A stretch of DNA of 64,000 bases from Bacteroidaceae bacterium (GTDB lineage Bacteria > Bacteroidota > Bacteroidia > Bacteroidales > Bacteroidaceae), in assembly GCA_045660825.1 (NCBI GenBank), contig JAZREN010000060.1, forward strand, positions 30,709 through 94,708. The letters run 5' to 3'. Within the stretch, counting starts at the first letter, position 1. Each line of letters begins with the position of its first letter. The notes beneath the pieces are model-generated. The model saw nothing but the letters and a program-made list of their open reading frames with translations, was not told where the DNA came from and did not search any database. Both the position numbers and the translations under genes were made by a program. Positions 1 to 9,036 of the stretch are shown one piece after another.

Positions 1-2484
1 GAAGATTGAACCGACGCTGTATGCCACGTTGCGGAAACGTACAAGGATGTAGATGAAGATTGCGATGAGAGCAAGAATCACTGAAAGCACAGCACCCTCG
101 CGGATATCATCGGCGATGCTTGCACCGACCTTCTGCGAGCTCTTGATTGAGCCACCCAAATCGTCCTGTGTATCGCAGAATCTCTCGAATGTAACATTCT
201 CGGCAAGTACGCCACCCTTCTTCAACGCGTTGTAGATAGCCTGTTCTACCTTAACATCTGAATCGGCAGAAGAGTCGTCGAACAAGTAGTTTGTAGAGAT
301 ACGTACCTGGTCGCCGCCTGTACCGTAAGAGATAACCTGTACATTGGCATCCTTGATCTCGGCTGTCAACAGGTCACGGATCTCGGCATCAGAAACCTTC
401 TGCTCGAACTTGACAACATAGTTGCGACCACCGGTGAAGTCGATGCTCTTTGCCATGCCACGGAATACGAATGAAGCAACCATAGCCACTGCCAATACAA
501 CGAACACGATGTTCACCTTCTTTGCTGCAGCGATGAAGTTGTACTTTGTATCCTTGAACATCTTGCTTGACAACTTGGTAGTGAATGTGAGGTTTGTCAA
601 CTTGTTCTTGTCGAGGAAACGCTCATACACAACACGTGTAACGAACACTGCTGTAAAGAATGAGCACAACAGGCCGATAATCAAAGTTGTAGCAAAGCCC
701 TTGATTGGACCTGTACCGAAGTTGTAAAGGATTACACCGGTGATGATTGATGTAAGGTTAGAGTCGAAGATTGCAGAGAATGCATTCTTGTAACCATCAG
801 AGAGTGCAGCACGCACATTCTTGCCGGCACGCAACTCCTCCTTCGCGCGTTCATATATAAGCACGTTTGCATCGACAGCCATACCGAGTGTCAACACGAT
901 ACCGGCAATACCAGACATTGTAAGAGCAGCCTGGAATGAAGCGAGGATACCCAATGTAAAGAACAGGTTGAGCAACAATGCGCCATTGGCAATCATACCA
1001 GGTACAATGCCATAAATTGCACACATGTAAACCATCAAAAGAATGAATGCAACTACAAACGAGATCAGACCCTGGTTGATAGAAGCCTCACCGATAGATG
1101 GACCAACAACGTTGCTCTCAACGTCACGCATTGGAACGAGCATCTTACCAGAGCAGAGCACGGTTGCAAGGTCCTGTGTCTCCTCGATAGTGAAGCTACC
1201 GTTGATCACACTGTGACCACCTGCGATGCGACCTTCGGGTACAGGTGCGCTGTATACAAGACCGTCAAGAACCACTGCGATAGGACGACGGCTCTTTGCG
1301 CACTCATCGGTAAGGTTAGCCCATGTGTGGGCAACAGCACCGTTCATTGTCATGTTTACACATGGCTTGTTGTTCTGGAACGAAGCTGCAGCCTCAGCGA
1401 TTACATCGCCCTGCAATGGAGCAACGCCATCAACATCCTTGTCCTTGATAGCATAGAGTGTGTAGATGCCATCCTTGTTGTCGGCACCCCAGCAGAGCAT
1501 AAGCTCACGTGGGAGGATTGTCTTCTCCATTGCCTTACCTGCTGCAAGAACCTCATCGATCTTTGCCTTGCCCTCGCGGTTTACATAAGCAACGATGCAG
1601 CTACCGCCATTACCCACAAGTCCTGTCAATGGATTAACCTCCTGACCCTTGCTCTTGGCAACTTCCTCGCCCAACTGCATGAGCTTTGGAAGCACCTTGG
1701 CAACCTCCTGGTCTGTATATGTCTCCCAGAACTGCAAGTTTGAAGAACGGGTCAAAAGTTCAATTACACGAGCCTTATTCTCAACACCTGGAAGCTCAAC
1801 CATGATGCGGCCCTGGCCACCACCAAGTTTCTGAATGTTTGGCTGCGCAACACCAAAGCGGTCTACACGCGAGCGTACCACATTAAACGAGTTTTCAACA
1901 GCATTCTCGAGTTCAGCACGGAGAACAGCCTCAATCTCCTCGTTTGTAGAGTTCTGAGAAACCTTGTTCTTCAACGCGCTTGAAGCGAAGATTGAAGCCA
2001 AAGTCTTCTCGGCCGGCAAGCTTGCGATGAATGCACCAATTGCATCACCGTTAGCAACAGAAGCCTTCTGTGCTGCTGCAATCGCAGCCTCTACATCCTT
2101 GTCCACGTTACCGCTTGTGAGTGACTTGAGGAACTCTGGAACTGAGACTTCCAATGTCACGCTAAGACCACCCTTCAAATCAAGGCCAAGACCGATTTCC
2201 AACTCACGGCACTGCTGGAGGGTGTAGATACCCAACCATACCTTCTGATCTTTGTTTGTCTCGAGATACTCCTCTTTCTTGAAGCCGAGATATTCTTCCT
2301 TCTCAGCCTCGGTAACAGTAGTGCCGGCAGCCTCACATTCAGAAGCCCAAGTCTCTGTCTGCTCGGTTGCCCATTTCTCGATTTTCTCGCCCTGACTCTT
2401 GGTCGCGTAAGAGAATGAGAGGTAGAACAGACACACAAGTGTCAGCAATACTGCAAAAACTTTTACAAATCCTTTGTTCTGCAT
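1..2484 (-). CDS. secDF: Protein translocase subunit SecDF (fused), C-terminus runs off the window
   Basis: The minus-strand frame is open from the ATG at 2484 to position 1. It is absent from the ORF track because it has no in-window stop. My translation begins MQNKGFVKVFAVLLTLVCLFYLSF and contains SecD/SecF hallmarks (LGLDLKGG, GMAVDANVLIYERAKEE, a second TM bundle ending ...ILALIAIFIYILVRFRN). The plus-strand ORFs at 53-2227 are antisense shadows. Confidence 0.9.
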   Translation of the reverse strand, partial: MQNKGFVKVFAVLLTLVCLFYLSFSYATKSQGEKIEKWATEQTETWASECEAAGTTVTEAEKEEYLGFKKEEYLETNKDQKVWLGIYTLQQCRELEIGLGLDLKGGLSVTLEVSVPEFLKSLTSGNVDKDVEAAIAAAQKASVANGDAIGAFIASLPAEKTLASIFASSALKNKVSQNSTNEEIEAVLRAELENAVENSFNVVRSRVDRFGVAQPNIQKLGGGQGRIMVELPGVENKARVIELLTRSSNLQFWETYTDQEVAKVLPKLMQLGEEVAKSKGQEVNPLTGLVGNGGSCIVAYVNREGKAKIDEVLAAGKAMEKTILPRELMLCWGADNKDGIYTLYAIKDKDVDGVAPLQGDVIAEAAASFQNNKPCVNMTMNGAVAHTWANLTDECAKSRRPIAVVLDGLVYSAPVPEGRIAGGHSVINGSFTIEETQDLATVLCSGKMLVPMRDVESNVVGPSIGEASINQGLISFVVAFILLMVYMCAIYGIVPGMIANGALLLNLFFTLGILASFQAALTMSGIAGIVLTLGMAVDANVLIYERAKEELRAGKNVRAALSDGYKNAFSAIFDSNLTSIITGVILYNFGTGPIKGFATTLIIGLLCSFFTAVFVTRVVYERFLDKNKLTNLTFTTKLSSKMFKDTKYNFIAAAKKVNIVFVVLAVAMVASFVFRGMAKSIDFTGGRNYVVKFEQKVSDAEIRDLLTAEIKDANVQVISYGTGGDQVRISTNYLFDDSSADSDVKVEQAIYNALKKGGVLAENVTFERFCDTQDDLGGSIKSSQKVGASIADDIREGAVLSVILALIAIFIYILVRFRNVAYSVGSIF

Positions 2485-2532
2485 TGTTAATTAATTTTTA
2501 TTGTGATTTATTTTGTTCCTTTTAAAAACGCG

Positions 2533-2540
2533 CAAATATA
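2533..2540 (-). promoter_or_regulatory. Bacteroidetes-type -7 box (TATATTTG on the minus strand) upstream of secDF
   Basis: The reverse complement of caaatata gives TATATTTG, matching the TAnnTTTG consensus. It lies about 49 nt upstream of the secDF ATG. Confidence 0.4.
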
Positions 2541-2642
2541 ATGTTTTTTCTTCAATAAAAAGCATTGTTTGCCGCATTTTCTTTATTTTATAATATAAAA
2601 GGCATGGAAAAGACAGAATTCAGAGACATTATGACACACCAA

Positions 2643-2653
2643 GGGGGGGGGGG
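2643..2653. repeat. G11 homopolymer at the head of a ~50-nt polypurine tract
   Basis: Direct read: aa + 11 G + aaacgggaaacggaaaactgaaaggggaaaacggagag. Confidence 0.9.
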
Positions 2654-2679
2654 AAACGGGAAACGGAAAACTGAAAGGG

Positions 2680-2765
2680 GAAAACGGAGAGCCGCGAGTA
2701 AGCGAGCAAAAGCCAAACTACTGTTTGAGCGCACGTAGTGTGATTGAAGCGAGGGTTAAGTAATA
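2680..2765. repeat. Copy A of a short intergenic repeat shared with 51724-51830
   Basis: Positions 2680-2716 match 51724-51760 at 36 of 37 nt, including a 27-nt exact core AGCCGCGAGTAAGCGAGCAAAAGCCAA. A second block, gagcgcacgtagtgtgattgaag, resembles aagcgcacgcagtgtggttaaag. Confidence 0.75.
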
Positions 2766-2787
2766 TGCTATTAACCAGAAAGTTAGA

Positions 2788-2842
2788 ATATCAAAAGCAA
2801 AAATACGGTACATAAACTTGTCCGTATTTTTGCTTTTGATAT
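2788..2842 (-). terminator. Perfect 21-bp inverted repeat with a 13-nt loop downstream of the rhomboid operon
   Basis: atatcaaaagcaaaaatacgg (2788-2808) is the exact reverse complement of ccgtatttttgcttttgatat (2822-2842). It sits 22 nt past the stop codon at 2864. Confidence 0.55.
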
Positions 2843-2863
2843 AACTGGAATTACGTCCGGTTT

Positions 2864-3754
2864 TTATTTGGACGAAGCGTTGAAGAGCCGTTTCTTCTCG
2901 TCATCACTCAACGAGGCATAGCCACCTTTCTTTATCTTCTCAAGGATTGCATCAATCTCGGCCTCTGATGATTTTTTGCGTGCATTATACTCATAGTCGG
3001 CCTCGCGTTTGCCTCCGGCTGTATATGTAAACTTGCTTTTCTGCTTGCGCTTGAACAGTTTACCGCTGAAGAACGATTTCACCCAATCAATCGGGCGGTT
3101 CACGACATCGGTTATATCAACACCCTTGCCCAGCAGAAAGGCAAACAGGAAACCGGCGAACGCGCCGCCAAGATGTGCAAAGTTTCCACCGGCATTGTCA
3201 CTTGAGAGCATAAGCACCGAGATAAACACTGTAACGACAGCAACTGTAGACAACTTCACGCTGCCGAACAGAAGCAGATTTATCCTGTACTCGGGAGAGC
3301 GTACCGCTGCAGCCACCACAATTGCCAGAACTGCAGCCGACGCGCCAACAAGGTGAGCCGTACTGATGACATTGTCAAAATATGGAAAGACATTGTAGGC
3401 CAACACAAAGAAGAGCGCGCCGAACAGGCCGCCAAGCAAGTATGTGCCAATAAAATGTCTTGTCGAGAACAGTTCAAGGTAGATGCGACCAAAGACATGC
3501 AAAGCCAGCATATTCCACAGTATGTGCCACAAGCTGCCATGCACGAACATATATGTAAAAACAGTCCACGGCCTTTGCAGAAGCTGGGACAACGACGCCG
3601 GCAACTCAACCCACTCCCCCACTTCAGCGCGTTGGTTCAACAGCACCGAAAAAACTCCGATCAAAAGGAGGATTATATACGTTATGACATTCGCATAGAT
3701 GTATTTCTTTACGATATCGGCTGCACGGAATTTTTCAATAAAAGTCTTAAACAT
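2864..3754 (-). CDS. Rhomboid family intramembrane serine protease with a ~90-aa basic C-terminal tail
   Basis: Multi-TM protein with WHILWNMLALHVFG (H..N motif), GASAAV (GxSxx) and AHLGGA. Its ATG at 3754 overlaps the stop of the upstream paralogue. Confidence 0.8.
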   Translation of the reverse strand: MFKTFIEKFRAADIVKKYIYANVITYIILLLIGVFSVLLNQRAEVGEWVELPASLSQLLQRPWTVFTYMFVHGSLWHILWNMLALHVFGRIYLELFSTRHFIGTYLLGGLFGALFFVLAYNVFPYFDNVISTAHLVGASAAVLAIVVAAAVRSPEYRINLLLFGSVKLSTVAVVTVFISVLMLSSDNAGGNFAHLGGAFAGFLFAFLLGKGVDITDVVNRPIDWVKSFFSGKLFKRKQKSKFTYTAGGKREADYEYNARKKSSEAEIDAILEKIKKGGYASLSDDEKKRLFNASSK

Positions 3755-4427
3755 ATGGGCCTCCTATCTTATTCGTTTTACGCCAATATAGAATCAACAC
3801 AAGGCCAAAGAGCATTCCGCCAAGATGTGCAAAATGCGCCACTCCGTCCTGGCTGTTCGAGATACCGAGCACCAGTTCTATGACGGCATAACCTATCACA
3901 AAGAACTTTGCCTTGATTGGAAACGGCAAGGGAAACACAAACATACTCTCGTTAGGGAACAGCATTCCAAATCCAAGCAATATCGCATAGATTGCACCCG
4001 AGGCACCCACGGTTGTCCACGCATTGAGGAACTGCCCCATTGGGATAATCCCGGTTGGAGTACGCACTCCATCATATAACGCCAGGCCCTCATGTACAAA
4101 ACTAACATATTGCACCACTTCCTGCAACAGACCGGCTCCCACACCGGCAACCAGATAATAGATTATGAAACGTTTTTCGCCCCACACCTTTTCAAGCACA
4201 CTGCCGAACATATAAAGTGCGAACATATTGAAGAACAGATGGGAGAAACCGCTATGCATGAACATGTATGTGACAAGCTGATAAGGAGCAAAGTCGGCAG
4301 CCTTGAAAAAGTGGAGGCCGAGGATGCCGGTAAGGTCTATGCCTTTCCTTTCCATGACGATTGTCGCCAGGAACATCAGTACATTTATAGCCAAAAGATT
4401 TTTGGTAACTTGTGGTAATCGGTTCAT
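3747..4427 (-). CDS. Rhomboid family intramembrane serine protease
   Basis: Carries HSGFSHLFFNMFALYMFG, GASGAIYAILLG (catalytic Ser motif) and AHFAHLGG (catalytic His motif). Confidence 0.85.
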   Translation of the reverse strand: MNRLPQVTKNLLAINVLMFLATIVMERKGIDLTGILGLHFFKAADFAPYQLVTYMFMHSGFSHLFFNMFALYMFGSVLEKVWGEKRFIIYYLVAGVGAGLLQEVVQYVSFVHEGLALYDGVRTPTGIIPMGQFLNAWTTVGASGAIYAILLGFGMLFPNESMFVFPLPFPIKAKFFVIGYAVIELVLGISNSQDGVAHFAHLGGMLFGLVLILYWRKTNKIGGPYV

Positions 4428-4599
4428 AGTTGATAATATTTCTACACAGCACCAGGCAAAGATGCCCTACAGGATTCATTCCGGCAAATATAATACAAAA
4501 ACCGCCAGAACATACTACCAAAGTGCCAACATTGACTTATTATTTATTATTATAGTATATTTTCAAATGAAAACCGCCGCAAAATTATTCGGTATTTAT

Positions 4600-4607
4600 T
4601 ATATTTG
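4600..4607 (+). promoter_or_regulatory. -7 box TATATTTG upstream of argS
   Basis: Exact TAnnTTTG match, 63 nt upstream of the ATG at 4670. Confidence 0.45.
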
Positions 4608-4669
4608 CAAACTATTGTGGCTTAACAAAGCATAAAAACGCGAATTTGAACAAAAAAAACATAAAAACA

Positions 4670-6460
4670 ATGAATCTTGAAATTACATTGGCACAGAGTG
4701 TTGCCGAAGCAATCAAGCAGTTGTATGGCGCAGAAGTAGCTACCGAGAAGATACAGCTGCAGAAGACACGCAAGGAGTTTGAGGGCGATTTCACCCTTGT
4801 CGTTTTCCCATTCCTGGCACTTTCAAAGAAGCGCCCCGAGGAGACCGCACAGGAGATTGGCGAGCAGTTGAAGAACAATCTCCCCATCATCAGTTCATTC
4901 AACGTTGTAAAGGGTTTCTTGAACCTTGCCATTGCGCCAAGCTATTGGGTTGAGTTGTTGAAGCACATTGACGCAACCGACAAGTGGGGTACAACACCTG
5001 TAACAGAGCAGTCTCCGCTTGTAATGGTTGAGTATTCATCACCAAACACCAACAAGCCCCTGCACCTTGGTCACATCCGTAACAATCTGCTCGGATACGC
5101 ATTGTCGAACATCATTGCTGCAAACGGCAACAAGGTTGTAAAGACCAACATTGTGAACGACCGCGGTATACACATCTGCAAGTCAATGCTCGCATGGCAG
5201 AAGTGGGGAGGCGGCGAGACACCAGTAAGCAGTGGCAAGAAGGGCGACCACCTCATCGGTGACTACTACGTAGCTTTCGACAAACACTATAAGGCTGAAC
5301 TTTCAGAGCTTATGGAAAAAGGCATGAGCAAGGAGGAGGCCGAGGCTGCATCACCATTGATGGCCGAAGCACGTGAGATGCTTGTAAAATGGGAAGCCGG
5401 CGACAAGGAGGTACGTGCACTCTGGGAGCAGATGAACAACTGGGTTTACGAAGGTTTCGATGAGACATACAAGCGTCTTGGCGTTGACTTTGACAAGATA
5501 TACTACGAGAGCGACACATACCTCGTGGGCAAAGAGACTGTCCTTGACGGACTGGAGAAGGGTATCTTCTACCGCAGAGAGGACGAATCGGTATGGGCCG
5601 ACCTCACAGGCGACGGACTCGACGAGAAACTCCTGTTGCGCAGCGACGGCACATCGGTATACATGACACAGGACATCGGTACAGCTCAGTTGCGTTTCCG
5701 CGACTACCCCATCGACAAGATGGTATACGTCGTAGGTAACGAGCAGAACTATCACTTCCAAGTTCTCTCACTGCTGCTCGACAAGCTCGGTTTCTCATGG
5801 GGCAAGGGCCTTGTACACTTCTCTTACGGAATGGTGGAGCTCCCCGAGGGCAAGATGAAGAGCCGCGAGGGTACAGTTGTTGACGCGGACGACCTGATGG
5901 ACGAGATGATAAACACAGCACGCGAGACATCAGAGGAGCTTGGTGGCAAACTCAACGACCTCACAGCCGAGGAGAAGGCCGAAATCAACCGCATCATCGG
6001 CCTGGGCGCCCTGAAGTACTTCATGCTCAAGGTTGATGCACGCCGTAACATGCTCTTCAACCCCAAGGAGTCTATCGACTTCAACGGCAACACCGGCCCA
6101 TTCATCCAGTACACTTACGCGCGAACACGCTCAATCGGCCGCAAGGCTGCCGAGGCAGGTGCAAAGACAGAGTTCACAGCACCCGAGAGCATCAGCGAGA
6201 AGGAGTGCAACATCATCAGAATGCTCAACGAGTTCCCTGCCGTTGTACGCCAGGCAGGCACAGACTACTCACCATCGGGTATCGCCAACTACGCATACGA
6301 ACTTGCAAGGGAGTACAACCAGTTCTACCACGACTACAGCATTCTGCGCGAGGAGAACGAGGAGACAAAGGCATTCCGTCTGTTGCTCACCGACAATGTA
6401 GGCAAGGTCATCAAGACTGCGATGAACCTGCTTGGTATTGAGGTTCCCGAAAGAATGTAA
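4670..6460 (+). CDS. argS: Arginine--tRNA ligase
   Basis: Class I HIGH region SPNTNKPLHLGHIRN, about 596 aa, C-terminal anticodon-binding helices. The ORF-track start at 4646 is a TTG; the first ATG (MNLEITLAQ) is at 4670. Confidence 0.93.
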   Translation: MNLEITLAQSVAEAIKQLYGAEVATEKIQLQKTRKEFEGDFTLVVFPFLALSKKRPEETAQEIGEQLKNNLPIISSFNVVKGFLNLAIAPSYWVELLKHIDATDKWGTTPVTEQSPLVMVEYSSPNTNKPLHLGHIRNNLLGYALSNIIAANGNKVVKTNIVNDRGIHICKSMLAWQKWGGGETPVSSGKKGDHLIGDYYVAFDKHYKAELSELMEKGMSKEEAEAASPLMAEAREMLVKWEAGDKEVRALWEQMNNWVYEGFDETYKRLGVDFDKIYYESDTYLVGKETVLDGLEKGIFYRREDESVWADLTGDGLDEKLLLRSDGTSVYMTQDIGTAQLRFRDYPIDKMVYVVGNEQNYHFQVLSLLLDKLGFSWGKGLVHFSYGMVELPEGKMKSREGTVVDADDLMDEMINTARETSEELGGKLNDLTAEEKAEINRIIGLGALKYFMLKVDARRNMLFNPKESIDFNGNTGPFIQYTYARTRSIGRKAAEAGAKTEFTAPESISEKECNIIRMLNEFPAVVRQAGTDYSPSGIANYAYELAREYNQFYHDYSILREENEETKAFRLLLTDNVGKVIKTAMNLLGIEVPERM

Positions 6461-6477
6461 TATAAAGCCGTTGCACA

Positions 6478-7104
6478 ATGGCCAAGAAGAAACACTATGT
6501 GGTGTGGAACGGCATACAGCCGGGCATATACTCCTCTTGGGAGGAGTGCCAAGCGCAGATAAAGGGCGTAAAACAGGCTCTTTACAAAGCGTTTGACACT
6601 CTTGCCGAAGCGGAGCGGGCATATGCATCATCACCCGGGCAGTACATTGGACATGGTGCAAAAGCAGAAAACAAGAAAGCCGCGACAGCACTGCCGGCAA
6701 CCATAATAAAGAACGCTTTGGCGGTGGACGCTGCTTGCAGCGGCAACCCTGGAATGATGGAGTACCGCGGAGTATACATTGCCACCGGTGAGGAGGTATT
6801 CCACTTTGGCCCCATGTTCGGCACAAACAATATAGGCGAATTTCTTGCCATTGTACATGGCCTTGCGTTGTTGAAGCAGAAAGGCATTGACCTGCCGATA
6901 TACTCGGACAGCTATAACGCCCTGCTGTGGATAAAAGGCAAGAAGTGCAAGACAAAGTTGCCGCGAGACAGCAAGACCGAAGAACTCTTCAAATATGTAG
7001 ACCGTGCCGAGAAATGGCTGAAAGAGAACAGCTGGACAACGACGCTCATAAAATGGGAAACCGATAAATGGGGCGAAATACCGGCAGATTTTGGCAGGAA
7101 ATAA
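6478..7104 (+). CDS. rnhA: Ribonuclease HI with an N-terminal hybrid-binding (viroplasmin-like) domain
   Basis: The N-terminus KKHYVVWNGIQPGIYSSWEECQAQIKGV..ALYKAF is the RNase H1 N-terminal (hybrid-binding) signature. The C-terminal half has the RNase H-type pattern (AVDAACSGNPG..EYRG, NNIGEFLAIVHGL, IYSDS). Confidence 0.8.
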   Translation: MAKKKHYVVWNGIQPGIYSSWEECQAQIKGVKQALYKAFDTLAEAERAYASSPGQYIGHGAKAENKKAATALPATIIKNALAVDAACSGNPGMMEYRGVYIATGEEVFHFGPMFGTNNIGEFLAIVHGLALLKQKGIDLPIYSDSYNALLWIKGKKCKTKLPRDSKTEELFKYVDRAEKWLKENSWTTTLIKWETDKWGEIPADFGRK

Positions 7105-7114
7105 CAAAAAGACG

Positions 7115-9013
7115 ATGAAGCTTACAAAGTATTTCAAACAGCCAGGAGAATGGCCATTCAATGACAGCGTCGGATTCGGGATGGTTTTCTTGCTGAAATA
7201 CTACTCGGCATTCATTATCCTGTCCTTCATATACAAAATCATATTCCTGGCACTGAACCATGGCGATGACTGCGGTTCATTCGGGGATTACACAGATATC
7301 CTGCTGCATGGCGCAAGACACGACTTTGCCATAGCCGGTTATTTCACGGCCATACCGTTGCTGCTGACAATAATAAAGGTCTTCACACACCTTCCACTCC
7401 GTATCTTCTACAAAGTATACAACGGTATCCTTGCATTCGCAATATCCCTGGCATTCGTTGCCGACATCACCCTCTACCCATACTGGGAGCAGAAACTTGA
7501 TGCTTCGTCAGTGCTTGTATATATCGATTCTCCGGCAAATGCCATTGCAAGCATAACGGTCACCCACATCATAGTACTTGCCTTTGTCCTGGCAGTACTC
7601 ACATTTGCAATATACAAGCTATTCGCATACATCAGCAAGGACGAAAGCTGGAGCGACAAGGATGCAGAGTCCAAAGCCATCCATAAAGTCACGAAAAGTA
7701 TCGTTTATCTCCTTGCCGGGAGTTTCATGTTTCTTGGCATAAGGGGAGGCACCACAGAATCCACAAACAACATCGGCACGGTGTATTACAACGATAACCC
7801 TACACTGAATGACGCTGCCGTGAATCCCGTATTCAGTTTCCTGTACACCCTTGCAAACCTTGAAAATTTCAAGGAAGAATATAGTTTCTACAAAGATGAC
7901 GAACGTGAAGAGATTTTCGACGGACTGTATATGCAGGACACCCAGATATCAGACACCTTGCTGAACAACACCCGCCCGAACATTGTAACAATCATTCTCG
8001 AAGGAATGAGCGCCGGGTTCGTCGAAACCTTGGGAGGTGCCAAAGGCATAACACCAAATATTGAAAAGCTTGCAGAAGAGAGCATCCTTTTCACGGAATG
8101 CTATGCAAACAGTTTCCGCACGGATAGAGGAGTTGTATCAACATTGAGCGGCTACCCCGCATTCCCCAAGACATCGGTGATGAAAGACGCGAACAAATGT
8201 TCAAGACTACCATCGCTTGCCGCATCATTGAAAAAAGCCGGATATTCCAACACGTTCCTGTATGGAGGCGACATCAGGTTCACCAACATGAACGGTTACC
8301 TCCTGTTTACAGGATATGAAAAACTGATTTCGGACAAAGACTTTACAAGAGAAGAATCGACAACACATCGTTGGGGTGCAGGAGATGAGATAACATTCGA
8401 CAGACTGTATGAAACGATAATGGACATTAGCCATGAGCCTTGGCACATAACACACCTCACGTTAAGCAGCCATGAGCCCTGGGAAGTTCCATACAACCGT
8501 ATAGAGGACGACATGGTTGCCAACTCCTTTGCATTCACAGACGAACAGTTAGGCAAATTCATTGAGCGCATGAAAGCTACGGACAAATGGGACAATACAC
8601 TGATAATATGCATTGCCGACCACAGCGTCACTGGCTACCCCGCAGGCATAAGACAGACCGACAAGGAGAGGAACCGCATCCTGTTCATGATGCTTGGTGG
8701 CGCCATAAAAGAGCCCAAGCGCATTGACAGAATATGCAACCAGAGCGATTTTGTCGCAACCTTGCTTGCGCAGTTGCAGTTGCCAAATGACGGTTTCAAG
8801 TTCAGCCGCAACATCCTATCACCCCATTACACCTATCCGTTTGCATACCATTGCTACAACAACGGCATATCATTGATGGACTCTACGGGATACAGTGTAT
8901 ACGACCTTACGGGCGAAAAGGAGACAACAATACCAACAGAAGGCAACGAGAGCAGGATAAGAAAAGCTAAGGCAATATTGCAAAGTACGTATAACGACTT
9001 TTTCAATCTATAA
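7115..9013 (+). CDS. LTA synthase family / sulfatase-like phosphotransferase (membrane-anchored), paralogue 1
   Basis: About 5 N-terminal TM helices followed by an alkaline-phosphatase-superfamily domain (IILEGMS, LSSHEPW, IADHS). The first ATG (MKLTKYF) is at 7115; the track start 7091 is a TTG overlapping rnhA. Confidence 0.7.
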   Translation: MKLTKYFKQPGEWPFNDSVGFGMVFLLKYYSAFIILSFIYKIIFLALNHGDDCGSFGDYTDILLHGARHDFAIAGYFTAIPLLLTIIKVFTHLPLRIFYKVYNGILAFAISLAFVADITLYPYWEQKLDASSVLVYIDSPANAIASITVTHIIVLAFVLAVLTFAIYKLFAYISKDESWSDKDAESKAIHKVTKSIVYLLAGSFMFLGIRGGTTESTNNIGTVYYNDNPTLNDAAVNPVFSFLYTLANLENFKEEYSFYKDDEREEIFDGLYMQDTQISDTLLNNTRPNIVTIILEGMSAGFVETLGGAKGITPNIEKLAEESILFTECYANSFRTDRGVVSTLSGYPAFPKTSVMKDANKCSRLPSLAASLKKAGYSNTFLYGGDIRFTNMNGYLLFTGYEKLISDKDFTREESTTHRWGAGDEITFDRLYETIMDISHEPWHITHLTLSSHEPWEVPYNRIEDDMVANSFAFTDEQLGKFIERMKATDKWDNTLIICIADHSVTGYPAGIRQTDKERNRILFMMLGGAIKEPKRIDRICNQSDFVATLLAQLQLPNDGFKFSRNILSPHYTYPFAYHCYNNGISLMDSTGYSVYDLTGEKETTIPTEGNESRIRKAKAILQSTYNDFFNL

Positions 9014-9036
9014 CCCACGTAAAGATCACCATTACC

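Noticed and set aside
53-2227. Several plus-strand ORFs of 60-176 aa at the window start.
   Set aside because: All lie antisense to the continuous secDF frame, which the ORF track omitted only because it lacks an in-window stop.
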